From: Candidatus Kapaibacterium sp.
GTDB lineage: Bacteria; Bacteroidota; Ignavibacteria; Kapaibacteriales; UBA2268
Reading direction: 5' to 3'
DNA: 35,264 nucleotides
Assembly (NCBI GenBank): GCA_041688685.1
Contig: JBDNHS010000348.1
Location: 1-35,264 of the forward strand
This document shows, piece after piece, positions 1 through 8,062 of this stretch (the first letter of the stretch is position 1; the number at the start of each line of letters is the position of its first letter). Under the pieces are notes generated by a model. That model was given only the letters and a program-made list of their open reading frames with translations. It did no database searches and had not been told where the DNA came from. Made by a program: the position numbers and the translations under genes.

Positions 1-602
1 TCATAAATTTTAAAATAAGCACCTAATCTAAGATTTAGATTAGCATCATTTATATCATCCCATATCGGATTTAGATCATCTGTGGCTGTGATATTGTAAC
101 TTATATTTAAGTCGATAATTATGTTTTTGTCAATTGGGTAAGAGGCACCACCGCCGACTGGAAAGTGAACAGTTGATCCGTTTAGTTTTGCTTGCGGTTC
201 TCTATTTCTTGGAATTTCGACTACATCAAAGATTGTAACACCAACGCCGGTAAAGAAGTATGGTCTTAATCTTGTTTCTTCAAGTCCCAACTCATATCTC
301 AATCTAAATTCTGGTGCCAAATAATTTGTTTTGTATTCTGAATAAGTTCCATTAGATGTACCATTCGAAAAAGACTGAAAGTTAAGTTCAGGAGTAAAAT
401 TATTGCCAAAACCATTTTTGTACAGAATATTGCCGCCCAGTAGTAACCCTGGGCTTCTTTCACTTTTTTTAGATTCATTTATACCAAGCGATGCGCCAAG
501 TCCTAAACCCAAATGCAAACTTTTTTGCGAATAAGAAATATTAACTACATTTATTATTAACAGAAAATAAAACATAGTCTTTGATATTCTTAGAATATTC
601 AT
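1..602 (-). CDS. outer-membrane beta-barrel protein (porin/OmpA-N-like); start complete, 3' end runs off the window
   Basis: Absent from the ORF track because it is open at the window edge. My translation from ATG at 602-600 reads MNILRISKTMFYFLLIINVVNISYSQKSLHLGLGLGASLG...YFFTGVGVTIFD...VHFPVGGGASYPI. It has a signal peptide followed by alternating Gly/aromatic beta-strand patterns. Confidence 0.6.
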   Translation of the reverse strand, partial: MNILRISKTMFYFLLIINVVNISYSQKSLHLGLGLGASLGINESKKSERSPGLLLGGNILYKNGFGNNFTPELNFQSFSNGTSNGTYSEYKTNYLAPEFRLRYELGLEETRLRPYFFTGVGVTIFDVVEIPRNREPQAKLNGSTVHFPVGGGASYPIDKNIIIDLNISYNITATDDLNPIWDDINDANLNLRLGAYFKIY

Positions 603-1084
603 AATTACCTCAAAAGATGTGTTTTCACTTACAAAACCTTATATTTTGAAAATGAATAAAAATTAATAACTAAATTAGTTAATTTAATTTCATATATGTT
701 ACACAATTATAATAATAATTTACACAATTAAAATAAAATATTATTAATTTAATAATTTCAAGTGTTAATATATTTTTAAGTGTTTTTGCAGTTGGAATAG
801 TGGTTTTTATTCTTTTGGATTTTTCAAAAAAAAGACACTTAAAATAAATTCAAGGGTCTTTTCTAATTTTTTTATTGATTAATAAACTAAATGATAAGTG
901 TTATTTATTATTTTTAATTATAACTAAAATAATCCAACGATATTAATTGTTTAAATTGTAAAATAAATTATTTTTTTCTATTTTTTAAATTTATATAATT
1001 TAGTTAAATTAGAAGTTACAGATTTTGTAATAACAAAAATCTATATTAAATATTAATATTCAACAATTATATTCATAAAAACTT

Positions 1085-2485
1085 ATGTCAAAAACTCACC
1101 GAAACAACTTAAAATATATCAATAATGTCTTTATAATTTTTATAGTATCTCTATTTATTACAAATAATTTTCTCTTTTCACAGACTCAAAAGCTTAACAA
1201 AGATGAAGTATATTCAAAATATGAGCAAATTGCAAAAAAAATCATAGCAGAGGCAAACAAAGATAGTTTGAGTCATCAAAGGTTGTCAATACTTTGTGAT
1301 AGTTTTGGGCATAGACTTAGCGGCTCCGAATCATTAGAAAATGCAATTGATTGGATTTATGATGAAATGAAAAAAGATGGGTTTTTGAATGTAAAAAAAG
1401 AAGAAGTATATGTACCAAACTGGAAAAGAGGTACAGAGAGTTTGATGATGACTTCACCAAAACACAAACATATAAAAATTTTAAGTCTTGGCGGAAGTGT
1501 TGCAACTCCTGAAAATGGAATTAAATCCGAAGTTTTTGTTGTAAATAGTAAAGATGAACTTTTTGCAAATAAAGATAAGGCAAAAGGGAAAATAGTATTA
1601 TATAATGTAAAATTTACAAACTATGGAGCAACAGTCCAATATAGATTTAATGGTGCTACTTGGGCATCTCAATGCGGTGCAGTAGCGAGTTTGATACGTT
1701 CTGTGAGCCCCAATGATATGAATAATCCACATACAGGAGTTATGGGATATGTTGATTCTGTTGCCAAAATCCCACACGGTGCAATTACCTCAGAAGATGC
1801 TGAGTTGATTGAAAGATATATCAAAAGAGGTGTAAAAGTAGAATTAGCTCTTAAAATGACTGCAAAATTTGAAGAAGATGCACTTTCCCATAATGTAATG
1901 GGAGAAATCAAAGGTAGAGAGTTCCCAAATAAAATAATAGCTGTTGGAGGTCATATCGACTCTTGGGACGTTGGTACAGGTGCCCAAGATGATGCCGGTG
2001 GAGTAGTTGCGACCTGGGAAGCTGTAAAATTATTAAAAAGATTGGGACTAACTCCAAGACATACTATTCGTGCTGTTGGGTGGACTAATGAAGAAAATGG
2101 CTCAAAAGGTGGCAAAGAGTACGCAAATTTACACAAAGATGAAGAACATATATTATTACTCGAATCTGACTCTGGTATCTTCAAACCTGCTTCTATTGGG
2201 GTTACTGGTAAAGATAAAGATTTGGAACTTATGCAATCAATTGAAAAGCTGTTGAAATTAACTAATCCTGAATTTGAAGTCAAAAAAGGCGGCGGTGGAG
2301 TTGATATTGGACCAATGATGGAAATTGGATATACTGGTTGTGGATTTGATACAGATGATATGGGTACATACTTTTGGTATCACCACTCAGAGACCGATAC
2401 TTCTGATAAAATTAACCCCAAAGATATGAATGATTGTGTAGCTGCTATTGCCATTGCTATATATTTTTACTCAGAATTATACTAA
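1085..2485 (+). CDS. M28-family metallopeptidase (aminopeptidase / carboxypeptidase Q-like), secreted
   Basis: N-terminal signal/TM segment. Zinc-ligand context GGHIDSWDVGTGAQDDAGG and WTNEENGSKGG is typical of M28 peptidases. Confidence 0.85.
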   Translation: MSKTHRNNLKYINNVFIIFIVSLFITNNFLFSQTQKLNKDEVYSKYEQIAKKIIAEANKDSLSHQRLSILCDSFGHRLSGSESLENAIDWIYDEMKKDGFLNVKKEEVYVPNWKRGTESLMMTSPKHKHIKILSLGGSVATPENGIKSEVFVVNSKDELFANKDKAKGKIVLYNVKFTNYGATVQYRFNGATWASQCGAVASLIRSVSPNDMNNPHTGVMGYVDSVAKIPHGAITSEDAELIERYIKRGVKVELALKMTAKFEEDALSHNVMGEIKGREFPNKIIAVGGHIDSWDVGTGAQDDAGGVVATWEAVKLLKRLGLTPRHTIRAVGWTNEENGSKGGKEYANLHKDEEHILLLESDSGIFKPASIGVTGKDKDLELMQSIEKLLKLTNPEFEVKKGGGGVDIGPMMEIGYTGCGFDTDDMGTYFWYHHSETDTSDKINPKDMNDCVAAIAIAIYFYSELY

Positions 2486-2619
2486 ATAATTTTAGTAAAT
2501 AATTAAAAATAGATTATTTGTTATCAATCAATAAAATAAAATTGAATGTAAAAATTCAATAATATTTATTGTTATTACTATTATAATTAAATTAATATAT
2601 TAAAACAAAAAGGCAAAAA

Positions 2620-2871
2620 ATGAAAAGTGTTAGAGATAGTGTCAACATTAAAGATGCAGAAGCTATAATTTCAAAATTAATTGATTTATATCTGTATCAA
2701 TCAACTGAAAATAACTATTCTGAAGAAAGAGCAGAATATGCTGGCGATATGATGATAAGCGATATTCTAAGTGTAACATATCAGTATGCTGCCAACAATC
2801 CAGTCTTGGTAAAAGGATTTACAAAGGGTATTCTAAAAGCGTTTGATAATCATAAAAAAGATGAAGTTTAA
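2620..2871 (+). CDS. hypothetical protein, 83 aa
   Basis: ORF ends 9 nt before the histidine kinase start, with an A-rich leader. No recognisable motif. Confidence 0.4.
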   Translation: MKSVRDSVNIKDAEAIISKLIDLYLYQSTENNYSEERAEYAGDMMISDILSVTYQYAANNPVLVKGFTKGILKAFDNHKKDEV

Positions 2872-2880
2872 TATTAATTT

Positions 2881-4254
2881 ATGATCAAAAAAATCAGACA
2901 CTTTATCAATTTTTTGTTAGCAAAAGATGAAGATATTGAATTAGAACAAAGAATATTAATAATTGCTGCATTTGCAGGAGTTGGTTTAGCATCATTAGGT
3001 ACTATTGTTAATTCTATAATTGCAGTTGGAATTATTGCGAAACTATTGCCCCTTTTAGCATTAGGTCTAATTTCCTTTTTATATTATAAAACACGTTTTG
3101 GAAAAAATAATGGTTTATACTCTGTAATAACTTATTTTGTTAGTATAGTATTAGTATTTATTATCTCTATTTTTAATGGTGGCGTCGAAAGTGGTAACAT
3201 AGTTACCTTGATTTTGGTTTTGGTTATTGGTACGATTATTTTACCATCTAAATTCAAATTATCGGGTTTACTTTTATTTCTATTATTGATATTCTTGTTG
3301 TTTTATATAGACTATTTTTACCCTCACAATATAACCCATTTTTCTAATAGACAATCCAAATATTTGGATATATTTACTGCTACATTATATAGTTCTTTTT
3401 CATTGTACTATTTAATTTATTATTTGTATAAAAATTATTATAATGAACATAATTTATTAAAAATTAAAGAAGAAAACTTAAAAACTTTAAATAAACAATT
3501 AAGTGATTCTATTTCTACAAAAGAAAAATTTTACTCAATTATCGCCCACGACTTAAGAAATCCTATTAATAATTTTCATCTCACAACAAATTTACTTTTG
3601 CAAGAGTATGATGTAGTATCTGATGAAGAGAAAAAAGAATTCATTACAATGATTAGAGATTCTTCGAAAGACTTACAAGAAATGTTGGAAATACTACTTA
3701 GTTTAGTAAAAATCAATCAAGGTATTCTACCGATTACAATTAGAAATATCAACTTAAATAAATTATTGATAAATAATATTGATTTTTTGAAATTGCAAGC
3801 TATCAATAAGGATATTGAATTAGTTAACAATTATAGTGGTGATTTAGATGTTCAGGTTGATAAAAGTTATTTAGATATAATACTCAGAAATCTACTTTCT
3901 AATTCTCTTAAATTTACAAATCCCAAAGGTAAAATTGTAATTGATGTTGATGAGAATTATATCGATGAAAATATTACTGGTAAAAAGATTACTGATAAAA
4001 ATATTACTGGTGAATTTTTAAAAGTAACAATCGAAGATAATGGTATTGGAATTCCAGAAAATATTAAAGCTCAAATATTTCATTTTGATAAATTAATAAC
4101 AAGCGTTGGAATAAATAAAGAAGCTGGTAATGGACTTGGGCTTTTGTTATGTAAATAGTTTGTGGAGAAAATGGGTGGCAAAATTTGGTTTGAAAGTGAA
4201 GAAAACAAAGGCACTAAATTCTTTTTTACTTTAAGAAAGCAAGAGAAAATTTGA
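2881..4254 (+). pseudogene. membrane sensor histidine kinase interrupted by an in-frame TAG at 4156-4158
   Basis: Multi-TM N-terminus, coiled linker, H-box FYSIIAHDLRNPIN, N-box LLSNSLKFT, G-box [10 protein letters not shown]. After the TAG the same frame continues [31 protein letters not shown], the normal end of an HATPase_c domain, to TGA at 4252-4254. Confidence 0.8.
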
Positions 4255-4344
4255 AAATGTTATACTTTCAGGCAAATAAATATTTTTACATTAAAATACT
4301 TTTAAGAAAATAACAGACTCAAATAAAAAAGTTTATTAATAATG

Positions 4345-4377
4345 AAGTCTTAGTTAGAAATAATTAAGGCTTTTTTT
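4345..4377 (+). terminator. rho-independent terminator candidate downstream of the histidine kinase
   Basis: AAGTCTTA (4345-4352) pairs with TAAGGCTT (4365-4372) with one G-U pair and a 12-nt loop, followed by a T-run to 4377. Confidence 0.5.
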
Positions 4378-4490
4378 ATATTTAAAATTGATTGATATCA
4401 AATAATGGCACGATATATGATTTAAGTTTAAGAGTAATACATTAATAAAAATTATTGAGTTACATTAAAATTATGTCCTAATATAAAAAT

Positions 4491-5153
4491 ATGCAAAATC
4501 AATTAAAATCAAATTTAGATTCCAATTTAGAACCAAATTACATAAATAATAATAATTCTCAAACAAGAATTAATCCATTCAAGGTTGATGTAAAAAGTAT
4601 ATTGAGAAAATCTTTGGTTAATAAAGAAAATGAAAATTACAATATACTTTCGATTGACGAAGAGTTGAATGCAAGTCAAATAGAAAATAGAAACGAAAGA
4701 TTGAATAGTATAAATAATACAAATTACAACGAAAATAATTATTATTCAACTGAGAATTTGGCAAATACTTCAATAACAATAAATGAAGTATCAGATACTG
4801 TAGCAGAGACTGTAGCAGAAACAGCAAATGAAAAAAACTATAAAATTGACCTAAATAACTATTTATTTTCTAATCCAGATGCTAATTTTTTGATTAGAGT
4901 GAAAGGCGACTCTATGAATAAAGTTGGAATAGAAACCGGGGATTTGCTTGTTGTCAATAGAACAGAAAAAGTATCGAACAACAAAATAGTCGTTGCTTCT
5001 CTAAATAATGATTTGTTAGTCAAAAGAATTAACTACGCTAATAATTCATTACAATTGATATCTGAAAACGAAAAATACAAACCAATTATTATTCACAAAG
5101 AAGACAAGTTTGACATCTGGGGAGTTGTCAAGTCGGTAATAAAGTCAGTGTAA
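4491..5153 (+). CDS. S24 (LexA/UmuD-like) peptidase-domain protein with an Asn-rich low-complexity N-terminus and no obvious HTH
   Basis: C-terminal ~95 aa: FLIRVKGDSMNKVGIETGDLLVVNR...IVVASLNNDLLVKRI...WGVVKSVIK. This carries the Ser (GDSM) and Lys (VKR) dyad of the S24 fold. The N-terminal ~125 aa is N/S/E-rich and includes VAETVAET. Confidence 0.75.
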   Translation: MQNQLKSNLDSNLEPNYINNNNSQTRINPFKVDVKSILRKSLVNKENENYNILSIDEELNASQIENRNERLNSINNTNYNENNYYSTENLANTSITINEVSDTVAETVAETANEKNYKIDLNNYLFSNPDANFLIRVKGDSMNKVGIETGDLLVVNRTEKVSNNKIVVASLNNDLLVKRINYANNSLQLISENEKYKPIIIHKEDKFDIWGVVKSVIKSV

Positions 5154-5178
5154 ATAATTATTAAAAATATTTCTTTCT

Positions 5179-5210
5179 CTAAAACCCTAAAACCCTAAAA
5201 CCCTAAAAGC
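5179..5210. repeat. 8-bp tandem repeat (CTAAAACC) x4, last copy with 1 mismatch
   Basis: Read directly: ctaaaacc ctaaaacc ctaaaacc ctaaaagc, in the convergent intergenic spacer. Confidence 0.95.
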
Positions 5211-5285
5211 AAGACCAGAATTGTAAAATTTAGTAAAATAAATATTATAGTTTTGGTCTTCTTTATTTTATCAAATTCATCGAAA

Positions 5286-5318
5286 TCTAATCTAAGTTTC
5301 TAATCTAAGTTTCTAATT
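5286..5318. repeat. 13-bp tandem repeat (TCTAATCTAAGTT) x2.5 spanning a stop codon
   Basis: Units at 5286-5298 and 5299-5311, partial unit at 5312-5318. The TAG stop of the 5300..6010 ORF lies inside the second unit. Confidence 0.9.
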
Positions 5319-6010
5319 ACATTTGTAACTATGCCTAATATTTCAAAGTTAGTTTTAGGAGATAGATTATAATTGAAATATTTGTTGTTTTTGGACATCA
5401 AATAAACAGAAGTGCCAACAATATTGAGCTCTTTGACAAATATTTTATCATTTAACTTGAATACAATTAATTTAGAATTAAATGCTTCAAGAATTGAAAT
5501 CCATTCTTTTATAAAATTAGAATTGTTTATATCTGAAATAAACTGTAGCTTAAGTTTTCGGAGTTTTGATCTAATTTTGGTTGGTGTATTTCTGATTAGA
5601 ATCAAGTCGCCATTATTGATTTTTAAATCAATAAGCGAATTACCTTCAATTTGATAAAGCGAAAAATGCTTTTGGTCGAAATTAAGTTTTATAGGAGATT
5701 TTTCAGTTTTGGTTTTTTGCTGTTTACTTTGTTTATTTTTTGGAAGATTATTCTCTTGATTTGTGCCTAATATTTGTTCGTTTGAGATTACTTTTTGGGC
5801 AACATTGGATTGCTCCAATAATGTAATCTGCTCAAGTTTAACAAAATAAGTATTCTCTTTTTTCTCAATGCCTCTTTTTATGAGTTCCGATTGAATATCT
5901 TCAATTTTAAGTTCATTAAATAGTATATTACTTTTTATAAGAATTGAATAATGATTGAAGTTATCAATTAATTGAATTAATTCTTCGCTCTCAAAGTCAT
6001 CTAATTTCAT
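5300..6010 (-). CDS. divergent S24-like peptidase-domain protein (degenerate, with an insertion)
   Basis: The C-terminal half aligns by eye to the neighbouring S24 protein: IEGNSLIDLKINNGDLILIRN ... LIVFKLNDKIFVKELN ... ILGIVTNVIRN. Ser (GNSL) and Lys (VKE) positions are retained, with an extra segment of roughly 30-35 aa between them. The N-terminus is helical or low complexity. Confidence 0.5.
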   Translation of the reverse strand: MKLDDFESEELIQLIDNFNHYSILIKSNILFNELKIEDIQSELIKRGIEKKENTYFVKLEQITLLEQSNVAQKVISNEQILGTNQENNLPKNKQSKQQKTKTEKSPIKLNFDQKHFSLYQIEGNSLIDLKINNGDLILIRNTPTKIRSKLRKLKLQFISDINNSNFIKEWISILEAFNSKLIVFKLNDKIFVKELNIVGTSVYLMSKNNKYFNYNLSPKTNFEILGIVTNVIRNLD

Positions 6011-6040
6011 AAAAATATTATTTATACTTATAAATTAAAT

Positions 6041-6096
6041 ATTGAAAAGTTGTTATTGAAAAGATATTATCGAAAACTAAATATCGAAAAATTCGA
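6041..6096. repeat. 14-bp periodic tandem repeat x4 (ATTGAAAAGnnnnn / ATCGAAAAnnnnnn)
   Basis: Copies start at 6041, 6055, 6069 and 6083. The array spans the nadC stop (6077-6079) and the region upstream of the 5300..6010 ORF. Confidence 0.8.
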
Positions 6097-6967
6097 GATG
6101 TATATTTGAGCTTTTGACACTATGAGTCAAAGCACCGACAGAAACAGCATTTACTCCCGTTCTGACATATTCTCCAATCGTATCAATAGTTATACCACCA
6201 GAAGACTCAATAAATATATCGCTACCTTTTATAGAGTTTTTATTGTAGTTCCGGATAATTTCGACAGATTTTACAGTGGTTTCGATGTTCATATTATCCA
6301 GCAGGAAGCCATCTACATTGATGTCCAGCCCTTCATAAATTTGCTCAATATTATCAACTTCTAACTCAATTTTTAGAGGGTTTGATTTCCAGAGGTCAGA
6401 GTTTCTTATTTTATTGACAGCGTTTGTTACCCCATTTGAGGCAATAATGTGATTATCTTTAATTAATATACCAGAACTAAGGTCAATTCTATGATTAAAT
6501 CCGCCACCATTTGCCACAGCATACTTTTCAAATATTCTCATACCTGGAGTAGTTTTGCGAGTATCTAATATTTTGACATTATATGGTTTTGCAATTTCAA
6601 CATATTGATTTGTAATTGTAGCAATCCCAGCAAGCCTTTGGAGTAGGTTTAGGAGTACTCTTTCTTTGGTTAGAATTTTAGAAGCTGGACCTTTGACGGA
6701 TGCTAACTTTGCACCATTTTTTACTTTTTGTCCATCTTTAACATTTATTTCTATTTCAAAACCTTTATAGAAAGTATGTTTAATGATTTTTTCACCAACA
6801 AACACCAAATCTTCTTCGGCTTCTAATATAGCCAAAGACTTTTTTTTGTCATCTACGGTTAGTAATGTTGTGATATCACCACTGGGTGAGTCTTCTTTAA
6901 GAAATTGTCTTAATTTTGTTACAACATAATCATCGCTAATTGACAAGTAATTTTGGTATTCTATCAT
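6077..6967 (-). CDS. nadC: nicotinate-nucleotide diphosphorylase (quinolinate phosphoribosyltransferase)
   Basis: Length and motifs match: ILDTRKTTPGMR, AVANGGGFNHRIDLSSGILIKDNH, IEVEV...LDNM, ESSGGI. Confidence 0.9.
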   Translation of the reverse strand: MIEYQNYLSISDDYVVTKLRQFLKEDSPSGDITTLLTVDDKKKSLAILEAEEDLVFVGEKIIKHTFYKGFEIEINVKDGQKVKNGAKLASVKGPASKILTKERVLLNLLQRLAGIATITNQYVEIAKPYNVKILDTRKTTPGMRIFEKYAVANGGGFNHRIDLSSGILIKDNHIIASNGVTNAVNKIRNSDLWKSNPLKIELEVDNIEQIYEGLDINVDGFLLDNMNIETTVKSVEIIRNYNKNSIKGSDIFIESSGGITIDTIGEYVRTGVNAVSVGALTHSVKSSNIHLEFFDI

Positions 6968-7150
6968 AAAAAAGTAAATTTTTATTAAAAAAAGTAGAGT
7001 AAAGAATAATCAAATAATAATCAAACGGTCAGTAAACAGTAAAACATATTTAATTTTAAATAAATTTCATTAGTTATTGATAAAGTAATATATATATTCT
7101 GATAATTGCTTCAAATTATTACTCAAAATTAAGTATTTTTTTGTAAATAC

Positions 7151-7177
7151 TTCTCAAATCAATTTTATTTCTCAAAA
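7151..7177 (+). promoter_or_regulatory. two TTCTCAAA boxes upstream of the ECF sigma gene
   Basis: TTCTCAAA at 7151-7158 and TTTCTCAAAA at 7168-7177. An AT hairpin AAGTATTT/AAATACTT sits immediately upstream at 7131-7152. Confidence 0.25.
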
Positions 7178-7440
7178 TTCTATTAAATTGTATAAAATTC
7201 CAATTATTTTAACTTTATGTAATATTAAAAATAATTTTTCACGTCTAATAATTTTAAGAAAATAACTTGTTTGTATTAATGAATCCAACTAAATTTTAAT
7301 TATTAATTAATTATATACTCGGTGCTAAAATCAAAAATTTTAACTTTATATTTACATTAATTAAATAGTATAAATTAAAAATACTTAAAATAATTCTTTT
7401 GTTTGTAACTTTTGTACATTTTAATTGTTATAGTGTTGTA

Positions 7441-8007
7441 ATGGCAAATAAATTTGAAGAATTCGATGACGCAGAATTATATTCGCTTCTGAAAAATCAA
7501 GATTCTAACTCTGAAAAAGCCTTCTCTGTATTATACGATAGGCATTCACAAAGATTGTTTGCGTATTGCAAGAGATTTCTCAATAATAGAGAAGCTGCAC
7601 AGGATATATTTCAAGAAGCATTTGTAAAATTTTATAATGCTTCGAGACAAGAAAGAATAATGACAAATGTGCCGGCTTTTTTACTTAGAATTGCTCGTAA
7701 TCTTTGTCTAAACTATAAAAGAACAGAAATCTATCATATTGCTTTCGAAGACTATATGACAGACACAAGTACCTTTGATAGTGATGAAAATACAAATGAT
7801 TTAATATCTTTGGTCAGAATTGCTATTGAGCAACTGCCCGATGAATATAAAGAGCCGTTTATCTTGAGAGAATACGAAGGTTTGGTATATGCAGACATAG
7901 CTGAAATAACTGGTGAGTCTTTATCAAATATTAAAGTTAGAATTCATAGAGCCAAGCTTAGAATTAAAGATATTGTTGCCGAGCTTGAATCAGTTGGACA
8001 AAAATAA
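7441..8007 (+). CDS. ECF (sigma-70 family, group IV) RNA polymerase sigma factor
   Basis: Region 2 (AQDIFQEAFVKFY...AFLLRIARNLCLNYKR) and region 4 (LPDEYKEPFILREYEGLVYADIAEITGESLSNIKVRIHRAK). I prefer ATG at 7441 (MANKFEE...) over the track's TTG at 7399. Confidence 0.9.
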   Translation: MANKFEEFDDAELYSLLKNQDSNSEKAFSVLYDRHSQRLFAYCKRFLNNREAAQDIFQEAFVKFYNASRQERIMTNVPAFLLRIARNLCLNYKRTEIYHIAFEDYMTDTSTFDSDENTNDLISLVRIAIEQLPDEYKEPFILREYEGLVYADIAEITGESLSNIKVRIHRAKLRIKDIVAELESVGQK

Positions 8008-8062
8008 ATTTTATACTTATTTTAAACTTTTTTGTAAAAAATTTTATTAAACTCAGATCCTT

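Noticed and set aside
1317-2283. Several short ORFs overlapping the M28 peptidase gene on both strands
   Set aside because: They are nested in or antisense to a well-supported CDS and their translations are low complexity.
4156-4158. Genome-wide reassignment of TAG to a sense codon
   Set aside because: nadC, the 138-aa ORF and the methyltransferase all terminate at TAG at positions consistent with normal protein ends. A local nonsense mutation, sequencing error or read-through is more likely.
4255-4490. SOS/LexA operator upstream of the S24-domain gene
   Set aside because: I found no convincing palindrome of LexA-box type, and the protein lacks a recognisable DNA-binding domain. Calling it lexA would be unsupported.
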